Source: Macrostomum lignano (lineage: Eukaryota). Taken from it: a DNA stretch of 64,000 nucleotides. Position numbers and translations under genes: made by a program. The DNA is taken from positions 125,080 through 189,079 of the forward strand of contig NIVC01001228.1 in NCBI GenBank assembly GCA_002269645.1, given 5' to 3'. The notes below the pieces were generated by a model. It saw only the letters and a list, made by a program, of their open reading frames with translations. It was not told the DNA's origin and did no database searches. Below, one piece after another: positions 50,820 to 64,000 of this stretch; position 1 is the stretch's first letter, and every line of letters starts with the position of its first letter.

Positions 50820-53010
50820 AAAGCGATGGTGCCTGTCTGGGTTGGGCCTTGGGCTTGGTATCAAACTCCTGCTCGGACTTGGAAGTCAAGTTATGAGGGC
50901 GCTTGGTACTTGCATGGATACCCGCATGCACGCCCATGCCTAAGCCCATGTCCTCGCCTAGTAGTTCCCTGTTCTTCTCCATGTCTGCCTTTGCTAGTGC
51001 CCTGAGCCTGAGCTCTATTGCCTGCGCTGCCTTGGCCACAACCATGCCTTATCCCATGCTTATGCAATCTGGCAGCTATAGATAAGGCTGTTTGTGCAGG
51101 CTCCAGCTTCTTTGCAATGGCTACCTTAACACGGTCAGCATGCTCGTTGGCAGATTGTACCGACACAGCCTACGAGTCATCCTCCTTGGCTATGGCAGTT
51201 TTTCCCCCTGCAGATAGGCCAGGAATTCTTGCAGGTTGTCAGTGAGGAGTTGCACTGACCTTTTCGTGCCAGAATCTATAAGGTTAAGGCAGCCTGCCAT
51301 GTCATTGGGGATTGTTGGCTCTGTTTAAGAAGGGTGTTAGTAGGGAATGCATATTCAGTGATGACAATTAATCCTAAAAGTGGGATATGCATGAGCACAG
51401 GCAGTAATGAATATTGTATATATTACCTATTGCCTTGTGTAGTTGCAGTTGGGAGAGCACAGCTGGCTCATGCAGCCGCTCAGACAGGGCCAAAAGCCTG
51501 TTCTGCATCTCAGCAACTGTGAGCCATAGGCCACCGTAGTCCTGCACCACATTGATCAGGTCGCGGAGCAAACTCTCCCTGGCAATCTTTCTGAACTGAT
51601 TCTGAGCAATTCAAGCCTGCTGCTATGCAGCTCAAACAGCCCTGGGATCCACCTTGGCCTGCATCTCCACCTTCTTTGTGATATGATGTGCTCACAATAG
51701 CATTGGGTCCTGCTCTTCCAGTGACTTCTGGCAAAGCCACTTGCTTGTTCCATTCTGGTTAAAAAGCATGAACGTCTCGTGAGCTAGGGGCCACATGTTG
51801 GGCTTCAACCTTACAGTACTGTCCAGTACTGCAAAAGATACCTCATATGCCACATTGTCCTTGGGAGCAGCAGCAGCCAAATGGGAATTGTTGTCTGGCA
51901 GATTGTGCAGCGCACCACCTGGCAGGTGATCACCCTGTGTCTTCTCTTTTCTACCTGCAGAACACTCTAATGGTTGCCCCATTTGCTTGTAGCATCAGTC
52001 ATCAGTGTCAAAGGTTGTTTGTCTCTGATGCAAGCAGGATGCTCTCCATGGCCTTCGCCTTGGCAAGGCTGCTGCCAACACCGTATGTGACCAAGCTGAT
52101 AAGCAAGGGCAGCTTGTCGCTGATCTGCAACTCTACAGAGCTGCTCGGCGACAGTGACAATAGTGTCGCGGATGGCTCAAACAGGGATGTGGCACTTTAG
52201 CACCAGATTTGTGCAGGTGGCAAGGACATGGTTGGTATACTGCTTTCTACCAGCAGCTCTTAGCTCCTGCGTCTGCAGTACATGCATCTGGCCAGCTTGG
52301 AATATGACCTGGAGCTTTTGGATCTGTTTGGTGTTTAGAGTACTGTATGTTTGAAGAACAATCCTTCCCAATCTCGGTCATTCCCAATCTGACACCCAAC
52401 CCTTGCACCATATCCAATGCACCATAGTGACAAGTCAACAACAATCTTACTCATGCAACTTATGCAACTTTTCAAAGTAGCCAGCATTTCGTGCATCTCG
52501 TGCAGCTCGGCATGCACCAAGGCATTTCTACGCTCAGCAGCAGCTTCCACTCGAGCAGCCTGGTGACGTTTCTTGGCTAGCTTGGCCTCACTCATCTCTA
52601 CCAGTTGCCGGCTTTTGCTGCTCAATTGCTGTCAAACTACATGCAGCCAATCTTTCAGATGCCGGACATACTGCAACCACACTTTTCGCTGTGGACACTT
52701 GGCCAGCTTATTGTGCAGCTTTTGTATAGTCACCTCTGACCATTCCAGCTAGGCCAAAAGATAGCATACAGCTTCTCAAAGGCCTGTATTGGTGCCCCAC
52801 TCCTCTTCAGGGGACCAAGCAGCAGCAGTAGCAGAAGAAGTTTGGGTTGGCATGCTAGGAGCCGGCTGTGGCACATTTGCAGCTGGGACTAGTACCACTG
52901 CAGGAAAGGCGAACACTTTGTCCATATAGATGGCCCAGGCACTCTGCTTGCTAGCAGCTTTCTTGCACACCTTCAAACTTTCCAGATCCAATGCCTTTGC
53001 TTTCACTTTT
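50820..53010 (-). pseudogene. Decayed DDE-type DNA transposase (unclassified, hAT/P-like metazoan family)
   Basis: Fragments in shifting frames: coiled-coil N-terminal part, LTLMTDATSKWG (putative first catalytic D), PKDNVAYEVSFAVLDSTVRLKPN..ETFMLFNQNGTSKWL, LINVVQDYGGLW. Many stops and frameshifts; family recognised from memory. Confidence 0.55.
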
Positions 53011-56000
53011 GTTGCACATCTGCTTCAGTGTCAGCAGGCAGACAAAGACTGTCAGCCTAGGCTTTCTGCACCTCGGAGCTGGGTAACTTAGCCTTGATAG
53101 ATGCCTCCAGGGTGGCAAGCATCAGACTGTTGCTACATGTAACTGGCTCAGTCATTGCACTGCAAAGTGGTTATAGTGAAAAATTCAATGAATCAATCAA
53201 ATGATGCAGGTAAACTATAAATGTAGAGTCCATTACTGAATTGGGGCCTGGCCTTTAAAAACATGAAAATCCATGATTTAGTAGCATACTACTTAGTAAA
53301 GCATGAATCCCTCCTTGTCAGCTATAATAGTGCTATAGACATTTTTGGACAAGTATTTTGTGATAAATAAATAGACTCCTACTCTAAACTTCCAGTGTTT
53401 GTATAACAACTACTAGTTATATTGACTCAAACAGTTACAAAAATAATTAAGACAACAATACATAAGAATTAAAAAATCCACATGCAGTCCAGAAATGTGC
53501 ATACACAGCTGTATACTTGCAATCTTAAAGTGGGGATCAAGGACCACTATAACTTAGTTGAATCAGGAGATAACACTCAAAATTTTTGTACATTTTTGAG
53601 GGCTCGCTCGTTTATGTATGTACTTGCATTGTTAAAGCTTTAATTCCTGTTAAATCTACATTATTCTAGTGGTCCTAGTACCCAGTGGTACTAACACTGA
53701 CCATATCACCCTGGCATCCACTAGCATCATATATACATCTATATACATGTACACTCATGAATAGATGTAGCAGTTATTCCTCATTTATAGTACATGATTT
53801 AGTATATTGTGATATTTGGAGTACATGATATTTGGAGTATGCTATCTAGAAAGGCAGATCAGTTAATGGGATTTGGAGCTGGCTCTTCATTTTTAAAAAA
53901 GGCTGGGCAAGGGTGAGAACCAGGTTGTTCACCTTGTCTTCGTAGTAACTAGGAATCCCGATGGCTAAAGCTGAGGCTGTTAGGACATCATTAAACAAAG
54001 TAGACCAATTTATGTCACCACTCATGTTAATTTACCATACTATAAGTCAAATATGCAGGTGAAAAATGTATAATAGTGTCAATGTCGCTACATACATGTA
54101 TGCCTACACAACATACACTATACCAACCTCAACAGGACCTCAACAGGATACTATATAGTAGGAACAACCCAAACAGACATCTACACTCAATGATAGACAC
54201 AAACATACAAATTGTGTTTTAAATATACAAGTAATTACTTAACCCCACTGTGGCATGTGCACTAGTGTAGGAGGGGGTGGGGAAAGAGGCAGAGATGGTG
54301 AAGGATTGCAACAATATAGGAGCAAGGGCAGTCTAAAAAAATATTTGCCCAGTTCATCATCATTATTCTCTTCCTCTTGATCATCTTCTGTTGCATCTTG
54401 TTGCTGCATTTGAAGCTCCAACACCTGCTGTCTCTGCATGCCCACCTGCTAGTAGCTGTTGCTGTTGCTCCAACAGCTGCTGTTGCTCCCCAGGCAGCCA
54501 GTCTAATGCAGCAAGCCTGTCTTGCTGCTGCTACATGCTGGGGTTGTGTACATTATGTGGCTGCAGTAATTGCTGCTGCTGATGCAGGTTCACTTGCAGC
54601 TGCTCAATTACTAGCTACTGTTGCTCCTTAAACTCTTCCTGCAAGTCCTCCAGATAAGGTATCACAACCTTAGGTGCCTTGTCCTCCATCATGTCCTCCT
54701 CTTTTGCTCATTATGTCAATCCATGGGTACCTATTATAGCTGCAAAAAGCAGCTATGCAGTAGTATTGCTGTCCTAATTACATATCTCCCACCATTTAGG
54801 CTATAGCCAACTATTATTTATCAACTATTTGCAATCCATCTAAGGAACTTGTCTCACTTCCCTAGTTAAAATGGTGTAGACAAATCAAGCAGCAGAATCA
54901 GATGTACACATGCAACAAAGCCTTCATATGATAAAATGAACAACACAAGAAAAAAGTAAAACCAATCAGGATTAAAAAGCACCTCAAGTGCTGGCAGTTG
55001 CCAAACTGGCTAACTGTAGTTATAAAACATTTTGAAGCAAATGGCTCATTTCTAAGTTTGCATTTAATTTCTCTTGAAATAAAGTCTTTTACATGCAAAA
55101 GCAAACATTGAAGGCATTCAGAAGCTGGAGTTAAGGTATATGCTATATCTTATACATCACACAAAAATTCAAACATTTTTACACTATTCACTTTTCTACA
55201 ATATATATATATTCTACAATAATAATATATATATTCACCTATAGTGTGTCTACAAGAACATTTTAAAACCCACCAAATGTTAAATCACAATATATCAGAC
55301 ACCTACAATTATTGCTAACAGAATGACAATTTATTAAGAAGCAAATAGAAGTCACAAAATCTTCTCTGTAACACACTTCCCTGCACTGTATAAACCATAT
55401 TCCAGTTAATAGACTGTCCAATGTCAGCCTTTGACCAATGACAGTTGGTACAAAACCTGTCTCAACATTTAAAGCTGCAAGAGTGAGTAAGGGGGTTTCT
55501 TAAACTGTAATAGACATAGCTTTAGCCTATTTAACTCTAATTGCACTCTAACTAGCCTACTAAGTTAGTATGAGTAGCTTTCTATAAATTAACTTATAGA
55601 AAGTTAAGCATCAGCACAATGATTCTTGGATGACTTTTTTTGCTAAGTTTGTTTGCTACAACTGCCAAGGTTGTATGCCGAGGTTGTTTGCTACAACTTT
55701 TTACTGACTCTTGTCACATTATTGTTATAAACAGGTTAAGGTTGATAGGTGCTACATAGATTTTTAGACACCCTTGACATCTAGAGTGGCACTTTGGAAG
55801 ACCCATTTTCATGAAAATAATGGTCAACCATTTGCATAGTACTTACAGTAGGAAGTAAAAATGTTACTAATCAAAGTGATACACTGGAATCATTAGAAAC
55901 ACTTAAGGAACTTAAATCTAAATCACATGATAAACTACTAGCAGATGATTGTACTTAAGTCTTTCTGATTCATAAGCTTCCACTTCATCTTACTTTGATT

Positions 56001-56997
56001 TATTGTTTGAAGTATTAGGTTTGCTTTCTATGACCAAGGCTCTCAACCCTAGGATAGAATATAAGTTTACTGATGGAACATTTTGATTTTGAATTTTGCT
56101 AGGATTTACACATTTATCTTTGTCAATGTTGGACTCACTTGTTGAGCAATTGTCTAGAAAATGCTTTGTTGCTAGTCAATTAGATCTTTTTTATAGGTAG
56201 GCATAAATAGAAAATAGTATGTTATTTTCATTTTTAGTATATGGACAAAAGCAAAAAAAGTATTATAGGACTTAAATTACCAGTCAAGAAAAATTATACA
56301 GGTTAGAATCATGAAAACAAAATTGAATACTTCTAACCTATATTGACTTTTCTTGACTAGAAAATGCCTTGTCTTGACTGGACTAGATTATGCTTACTCA
56401 GTGTGAAAGCCTACTTAAATAAGATTTTGTTTTGGCATGGCACAGTGCCCTCACTTTGTTTGTTACAATTTAAATATATAATACTTAATAATAAAATCAA
56501 TTGTAAATCTTAGCTTTACCAATTTGTCTCTATTTTTTAGTATTAATAATAAAGAATTATTTTAAAATCATTTTAATATAGGTTAGCCTTGTTGAAATAT
56601 CTTCAGTTTTATGCCTATATTTACTTTTTTATATATATTGAAAAGGCCTTTGAGTTCTGCTCTAGCTATAAGGCCTAACAATTTTTAGGCCATCAATCAT
56701 TAATAGATCTCTTTTATTATACAAGAATAAAAGTATTTATTTTAACTTTGAAAGTTGAAAATAGTAGATGATTGTCAAGCATAATCATTTTATTTATATT
56801 TTTAATTCTTATATAGTTCTATCTAATTTAAACAAATTTCAGTAAAAGTCTAGTCATTTTTTAAAACTATAACTTCATAGTCTAAATACAAAATTTACAT
56901 AATACTATAAAATCAGCCCAATAAACTCACAACCTTGGAATGCAGTTTGTGTATATAAAGTTAAAATGACACTGCAATTAACCCCCCTCCCCCCTAG

Positions 56998-57227
56998 ATG
57001 ACAACTCTTTACCAGCAGCAGCAGCAGCTGGCCTGCCTGACCTCACGGGTTTTGGCGGTCACCATCAAGCTCATCACAAGTCAAACAATTTACAACTGTG
57101 GGGCAATCGAGAATCAATGAACTTGAACTCAATGGTGCTCACTAATATTAAACAGTCGCCATATTTTAAATATGAGCTAGCCGAGGTTAAAACTTTTCAC
57201 GAAGTTGTCGACGCAATTTACTTTAAG
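56998..57227 (+). CDS. PRPF38B: PRP38B exon 2
   Basis: LQLWGNRESMNLNSMVLTNIKQSPYFKYELAEVKTFHEVVDAIYFK matches the PRP38B N-terminal domain. Acceptor ccctAG|AT, donor AAG|GTGAGT. Missing from the ORF track. Confidence 0.92.
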
Positions 57228-57534
57228 GTGAGTTCTGACTCATTAAGTGACTCTTTTGACCTGCAAAATGTTATGCAATCTTGAATATATTACGAAGTTT
57301 TCACTGCATCAGACAAAGCAGATATCTGAGACTGTCTTGCCAGTCCTGGTCACTGGTCGTGAGCTGTTTGGTATTGGATAAATCATCATTGATCTAATCG
57401 AGGGTGAGATTTTGCAGGTTTTGAAATTTAATTGTATAAGTACAAAACTGTCCAGGCTAATGAAATATGCGATGGACAGTTGAATTATCAAATAATATTG
57501 CCACATTTCAGAACACTTGTGAGTACTAAATTTC

Positions 57535-58710
57535 AGCCTACCATTCAATCTCACAGCCTACCATTCAATCTCAGCCTACCATTCGATCTCCCAGCCTACC
57601 ATTCAATCTCATTGCCTACCATTCAATCTCATTGCCTACCATTCAATCTCATTGCCTACCATTCAATCTCATTGCCTACCATTCCATCTCACAGCCTACC
57701 ATTCGATCTCCCAGCCTACCATTCAATCTCACAGCCTACCATTCAATCTCCCAGCCTACCATTCAATCTCATTGCCTACCATTCAATCTCATTGCCTACC
57801 ATTCAATCTCATTGCCTACCATTCAATCTCATTGCGTACCATTCAATCTCATTGCCTACCATTCAATCTCACAGCCTACCATTCAATCTCACAGCCTACC
57901 CTTCAATCTCACAGCCTACCATTCGATCTCCCAGCCTACCATTCAATCTCACAGCCTACCATTCAATCTCCCAGCCTACCATTCAATCTCATTGCCTACC
58001 ATTCAATCTCATTGCCTACCATTCAATCTCATTGCCTACCATTCAATCTCATTGCGTACCATTCAATCTCATTGCCTACCATTCAATCTCACAGCCTACC
58101 ATTCAATCTCACAGCCTACCCTTCAATCTCACAGCCTACCATTCAATCTCACAGCCTACCATTCAATCTCACAGCCTACCATTCAATCTCACAGCCTACC
58201 ATTCAATCTCCCAGCCTACCATTTAATCTCACAGCCTACCATTCAATCTCACAGCCTACCATTCAATCTCACAGCCTACCATTCAATCTCATTGCCTACC
58301 ATTCAATCTCACAGCCTACCATTCAATCTCCCAGCCTACCATTCAATCTCCCAGCCTACCATTCAATCTCACAGCCTACCATTCAATCTCACAGCCTACC
58401 ATTCAATCTCACAGCCTACCATTCAATCTCACAGCCTACCATTCCATCTCACAGCCTACCATTCAATCTCCCAGCCTACCATTCAATCTCATTGCCTACC
58501 ATTCAATCTCATTGCCTACCATTCAATCTCATTGCGTACCATTTAATCTCATTGCCTACCATTCAATCTCACAGCCTACCATTCAATCTCACAGCCTACC
58601 CTTCAATCACAGCCTACCATTCAATCTCACAGCCTACCATTCAATCTCCCAGCCTACCATTCAATCTCCCAGCCTACCATTCAATCTCACAGCCTACCAT
58701 TCAATCCCAC
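57535..58710. repeat. 20-bp repeat CAGCCTACCATTCAATCTCA filling PRP38B intron 2
   Basis: Visible array. Confidence 0.96.
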
Positions 58711-58849
58711 ACCTAACTATTCTACATCTCATTTAGAACGTCTCCATTCCAATTTAACAGGTGCCGATCGGTTTTTATTGTTTTTCAATAAGCCGTCACG
58801 TAAGCAACTACAAGATTTCGCCTCCAACCCCCATATCCGGCTTTCCCAG

Positions 58850-59140
58850 GTGTCCCACCTGGAGCCCTGGGAGCGCGGTACTCGCCGAACCACCGGCCTA
58901 AGCGGCTCCAGCGGCGGCGGCCTCCAAGTTCGAGGCGTCGGTGCCGGCGGCGTGGTGAGCACCGCCTACTGCCTGCTGTACAAGCTGTTCACCCTGCGGC
59001 TGAATAGAAAGCAGCTGCAGACTCTGCTGGACCATCCGGACTCGCCTTTCATTCGCGCTCTGGGATTCATGTACATCCGCTACTGCTTGGATCCCAAAGA
59101 GCTCTGGGAGTGGTACGAGCCCTATTTTGACGACGCTGAG
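58850..59140 (+). CDS. PRPF38B: PRP38B exon 3
   Basis: VSHLEPWERG..VRGVGAGGVVSTAYCLLYKLFTL..DSPFIRALGFMYIRY. Acceptor ttcccAG, donor GAG|GTGAGT; 291 nt. Confidence 0.96.
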
Positions 59141-59274
59141 GTGAGTGTTGGTGAGTTGACTGGCACCGGTTTGCTGTTTTTACTTATTCCTTTTGTGTAA
59201 TGCATAACGGTGCGTGTTTTTATATGCTGTTTTATCCTTTCGACTCATCTGAGCAGACAGACGCATACTTACTT

Positions 59275-59418
59275 GTCTGTGTGTGTGTGTGTCTGTCTGT
59301 CTGTCTGTCTGTCTGCCTGTCTGTCTGTCTGTCTGTGTCTATCTATCTATCCATCTATCTATCTATCCATCTATCTATCTATCTATCTACCTATCTATCT
59401 ATCTATCTATCTATCTAC

Positions 59419-59470
<52 letters not shown>

Positions 59471-59528
59471 TTATCTATCTACCTATCTATCTATCTACCT
59501 ATCTATCTATCTATCTATCTATCTATCC

Positions 59529-59566
<38 letters not shown>

Positions 59567-59575
59567 ATCTCTCTG
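59275..59575. repeat. Compound (TG)n/(TCTG)n/(TCTA)n microsatellite in PRP38B intron 3
   Basis: Visible. Confidence 0.95.
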
Positions 59576-59586
59576 CCTATCCACAG

Positions 59587-59810
59587 GAGCTGGACGTGAA
59601 GGCGGGGGGCGGCTGCCTCATCACCATCGGTGAGATGCTGCGCCAGTTCCTCACCCAGCTAGACTGGTATTCCACTCTGTTCCCGCGCATCCCGGTGCCA
59701 ATCGAGAAAGACATCCGGGCTAAACTGCAGGACAGAGCCGCGCAGCTGCAGAGACAGCGCGGCAGGGAGGCGGACGGCCCCGCACGAGCGGCTGTCAAAA
59801 TGAGCGACAG
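59587..59810 (+). CDS. PRPF38B: PRP38B exon 4
   Basis: ELDVKAGGGCLITIGEMLRQFLTQLDWYSTLFPRIPVPIEK. Acceptor ccacAG; donor AG|GTTCGC (phase 2) matches the next acceptor. Confidence 0.9.
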
Positions 59811-59924
59811 GTTCGCGAGAATCGGATTGCCTGCTGGTTCTGTGCAGCTAATTTTTATAGGCCGAGGTGTACGAAAGAAGGGATTTAGGTTAAGGTAGCG
59901 AAGAAATCCGTGATTAAGGTAGCG

Positions 59925-61590
59925 ATGAAAGGAGAGAGATGCAGGTAGAGAATGAAGAGAGATGCAGGTAGAGAATGAAGAGAGAGAGATGCAGGTAGAG
60001 AATGAAGAGAGAGATGCAGGTAGAGAATGAAGAGAGAGATGCAGGTAGAGAATGAAGAGAGATGCAGGTAGAGAATGAAGAGAGAGAGAGATGCAGGTAG
60101 AGAATGAAGAGAGATGCAGGTAGAGAATGAAAAGAGAGAGATGCAGGTAGAGAATGAAGAGAGATGCAGGTAGAGAATGAAGAGAGATGCAGGTAGAGAA
60201 TGAAGAGAGATGCAGGTAGAGAATGAAGAGAGATGCAGGTAGAGAATGAAGAGAGATGCAGGTAGAGAATGAAGAGAGATGCAGGTAGAGAATGAAGAGA
60301 GATGCAGGTAGAGAATGAAGAGAGATGCAGGTAGAGAATGAAGAGAGATGCAGGTAGAGAATGAAAAGAGAGAGATGCAAATGGAGAATGAAAATAGAGA
60401 GATGCAGGTAGAGAATGAAGAGAGATGCAGGTAGAGAATGAAGAGAGATGCAGGTAGAGAATGAAAAGAGAGAGATGCAGATGGAGAATGAAAATAGAGA
60501 GATGCAGGTAGAGAATGAAGAGAGATGCAGGTAGAGAATGAAGAGAGATGCAGGTAGAGAATGAAGAGAGATGCAGGTAGAGAATGAAGAGAGATGCAGG
60601 TAGAGAATGAAGAGAGATGCAGGTAGAGAATGAAGAGAGATGCAGGTAGAGAATGAAGAGAGATGCAGGTAGAGAATGAAAAGAGAGAGATGCAAATGGA
60701 GAATGAAAATAGAGAGATGCAGGTAGAGAATGAAGAGAGATGCAGGTAGAGAATGAAGAGAGATGCAGGTAGAGAATGAAAAGAGAGAGATGCAGATGGA
60801 GAATGAAAATAGAGAGATGCAGGTAGAGAATGAAGAGAGATGCAGGTAGAGAATGAAGAGAGATGCAGGTAGAGAATGAAGAGAGATGCAGGTAGAGAAT
60901 GAAAAGAGAGAGAGATGCAGGTAGAGAATGAAGAGAGAGATGCAGGTAGAGAATGAAGAGAGATGCAGGTAGAGAATGAAGAGAGATGCAGGTAGAGAAT
61001 GAAGAGAGAGAGATGCAGGTAGAGAATGAAGAGAGAGATGCAGGTAGAGAATGAAGAGAGATGCAGGTAGAGAATGAAGAGAGATGCAGGTAGAGAATGA
61101 AGAGAGATGCAGGTAGAGAATGAAAAGAGAGAGAGATGCAGGTAGAGAATGAAGAGAGAGATGCAGGTAGAGAATGAAGAGAGATGCAGGTAGAGAATGA
61201 AGAGAGATGCAGGTAGAGAATGAAGAGAGATGCAGGTAGAGAATGAAAAGAGAGAGAGATGCAGGTAGAGAATGAAGAGAGAGATGCAGGTAGAGAATGA
61301 AGAGAGATGCAGGTAGAGAATGAAGAGAGATGCAGGTAGAGAATGAAGAGAGAGAGATGCAGATGGAGAATGAAAATAGAGAGATGCAGGTAGAGAATGA
61401 AGAGAGAGATGCAGGTAGAGAATGAAGAGAGAGATGCAGGTAGAGAATGAAGAGAGATGCAGGTAGAGAATGAAGAGAGATGCAGGTAGAGAATGAAGAG
61501 AGAGAGATGCAGATGGAGAATGAAAATAGAGAGATGCAGGTAGAGAATGAAGAGAGAGATGCAGGTAGAGAGTGAAGAGAGATGTTAGGA
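59925..61590. repeat. 23-27-bp repeat GATGCAGGTAGAGAATGAAGAGA filling PRP38B intron 4
   Basis: Visible array; explains ORFs 59577-60695 and 59885-61609. Confidence 0.96.
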
Positions 61591-61634
61591 GAGAATACTG
61601 GTCAATCAATCCCTGTTTATCACCAATATTGCAG

Positions 61635-61983
61635 ATCGAGATCCAGATCCCGTCTTAGATCGCATTCCCGGGATCGGGACCGCGAGCAGCGTCACAGCAA
61701 GTCGTGCGATTCTCGAGACCGTGACCGGGCACGTGATCGAGACCGTGTTCGGGACCGTGACCATGATCGGGACCGTGTCCGTGATCGGGACCGAGACCGT
61801 GATCGTGGCCGTGACCATGATCGGGACCGTGATCGGGACCGTGATCGGGACCGTGACCGTGATCGGGACCGGGACAGAGACCGGGATCGCGACCGGGATA
61901 GAGAGGACAGGCATCGAAAGCACAGCAGCAACAAAGAGCATCATCGGCATCGAGACAAAGACCGTGACAGGCGGGATAGATGA
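61635..61983 (+). CDS. PRPF38B: PRP38B last exon, RS/RD-rich tail
   Basis: Acceptor attgcAG|A (phase 2), then SRSRSR...(RD)n...RRDR*. Such a tail is expected for PRP38B. Confidence 0.88.
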
Positions 61984-62519
61984 TTTACAATGGCACAACT
62001 TTAAGCATTTTTTCGTGCCCGTTGTAATATTCTGGCTGTCCTTAGTAAAATGATACATCAATAACAAATTATCGTTCAGTGCAGTTTTGGCAGCTCTCAG
62101 TGTGCTTAAAATATAATTGTTGTGAGGCTCTGTATGCGTCTTACTGTCTGATATTCCAGTAATAAGCAGTAATAATTTATATGTAATTCTGCTACTTTAT
62201 AGTTTCTCTATCGCATACAGTTCATAACTATATTTAGTAACTAATCAATACCTTACATGCATCGTTATTTGTACGTTTAACAAGTCAGCTTTGTGGTGTC
62301 AAATAAATATATGCTTGTACTTTTAATAATGTTCTTATAGTACATGTTATATATTTACTAATTGAGATTTCCGTCACGGTAATTTTGTAGACTTTGTGAA
62401 TTTTTACCCTTCTTGACTCTGCTATCCATCTCTTTTCTAGTTTGTCATGTCTGCTTCTGAGACTTATCTACTGCAATCGCTATCTATCTACTCCCTAGCT
62501 CGTACTCTACCATTATCTG

Positions 62520-62900
62520 CTACTTGCCCTCCACTCTACCAGCTCCGCTACCTACTCTCTACTCTACCAGATCCGCTACCTACTCTCTACTCTACCAGAT
62601 CCGCTACCTACTCTCTACTCTACCAGATCCGCTACCTACTCTCTACTCTACCAGATCCGCTACCTACTCTCTACTCTACCAGATCCGCTACCTACTCTCT
62701 ACTCTACCAGATCCGCTACCTACTCTCTACTCTACCAGATCCGCTACCTACTCTCTACTCTACCAGATCCGCTACCTACTCTCTACTCTACCAGATCCGC
62801 TACCTACTCTCTACTCTACCAGATCCGCTACCTACTCTCTACTCTACCAGATCCGCTACCTACTCTCTACTCTACCAGATCCGCTACCTTCTTCTCTACT
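62520..62900. repeat. 28-bp repeat CTACTCTCTACTCTACCAGATCCGCTAC
   Basis: Visible array downstream of PRP38B. Confidence 0.95.
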
Positions 62901-64000
62901 CTACCACATCTGCTACCCATTTTCTACCGTATCTGCTAACTACTCTACTCTACCATATTCGCCACGTACATGTACTCACCAAGTCATGGGGTAAATTAGG
63001 GAAAAATTAATTAACGTAAACAAGCAAAATACAGTTACTTTTGAAGCTTATAATATCGGTAGTGTGCATTGTGTTTTTATCAATTGTATTGCACACTATG
63101 AAACTAATTTATATTATATTTAGTGTCAGTTCAGTATGTATGATATATGTAGTGCGGCAGATCTGAGCAGCCTAATTAGCAAGTGTAAAGTGCAGAACAA
63201 GCTTGTGAAGTGCGATAAACTTGGGTTGCAAAATAATGATAATATTTAGACTTCAAAATCTAATTGAAAACCAGTTTTGCACAGCTAAAATTACTAAAGT
63301 TACGAATTACTGCAGAAGGTAGGCTAAAATTTTTAAGCTAAAAATCTGTTTCCTACACGAACAGGCCCATAACAAATCGAATTCCTATTCAGTATGGTCT
63401 CAAAGAGTTAAAATAACTTCCACAACAATCTCTACATCTAGTTTGTCTTCCAGAAAATCCGGACAAAGTTCGTCTCACTCACTTCAAAAAATTCTTGGAA
63501 ATGTGTTTTGAAGGCTCAAATTCCCTGCCAAAAATATTGCATTATTAAATTTAAACTGTAGAAATAACATTAACTTTTTATCTTGCTAATGCATTTTTCA
63601 GGCGAAACCAAAGATCTAGAATAACTAGATGGGCCACTCAGCACATTTGCGTGAAAGCTACTTTCAGTTAAAGTAGTGAGCTAAACTGAAGCATTTTAAT
63701 GTATTTTAAAGCCAAGGCTCATTTATTGGCTCTTATCCCCCAGCTTAAACCCTCTAACCGCGCCTTTCCACACTGACCCCCCCGCTCCGCCCAATTTTAA
63801 TTGCCTTTCTCGGAACTGCCATGTACATTTCAGTGGACTGGCTAATGTACATTATTGCTGAACAATTAGCAAGCTGTTTACGCCTGAAAGCTTGGGGTTC
63901 TAAACTTATCAAAATCATTTCAGCCGCCTTTATTTTTATAAAATAGCCTTATGTATTCTTCTTTGCTACTGAACTGAAAGTAGAAAGCTGTTTTACTAAA

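Noticed and set aside
54239-54720. Q/E-rich minus-strand coding-like fragment
   Set aside because: Multiple stops and no recognisable domain; probably a retroelement or TE relic but unsupported.
57432-61609. Long ORFs of 264-574 aa (57432-58716 plus; 59577-61609 minus)
   Set aside because: They are translations of intronic minisatellites within PRP38B and have no domain content.
61606-62067. Antisense and alternative-frame ORFs over the PRP38B RD tail
   Set aside because: Shadows of the 6/12-bp (RD)n coding repeat.

Overview
Eukaryotic (metazoan) genomic DNA rich in tandem repeats. GC-rich exons, minisatellite-filled introns and the protocadherin type suggest a flatworm such as Macrostomum (inference only). 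There are three spliced protein-coding genes. (1) A 7-cadherin-repeat protocadherin on the minus strand (15361 to 804). (2) SET/TAF-I histone chaperone on the minus strand (44713 to 36480; 4 exons, 259 aa). (3) PRP38B splicing factor on the plus strand (probable start 45304, stop 61983), head-to-head with SET. The most notable feature is absent from the ORF track: between 29.5 and 35.1 kb, a minus-strand GAS5-like non-coding host gene carries six copies of the same dual-guide box C/D snoRNA, one per intron. Its guides match the 28S rRNA sites equivalent to human Am3809 (U79/SNORD79) and Cm3787 (SNORD10). Mobile DNA includes a P-element derivative (8-bp TSD) retaining a spliced THAP-only ORF, a hAT MITE nested in a 9-bp-TSD MITE, a Merlin transposase fragment, a decayed DDE transposase and a large foldback element. 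Most long ORFs in the supplied track are artefacts of tandem repeats. All exon boundaries and homology calls were made by eye and from memory; no database searches were run.
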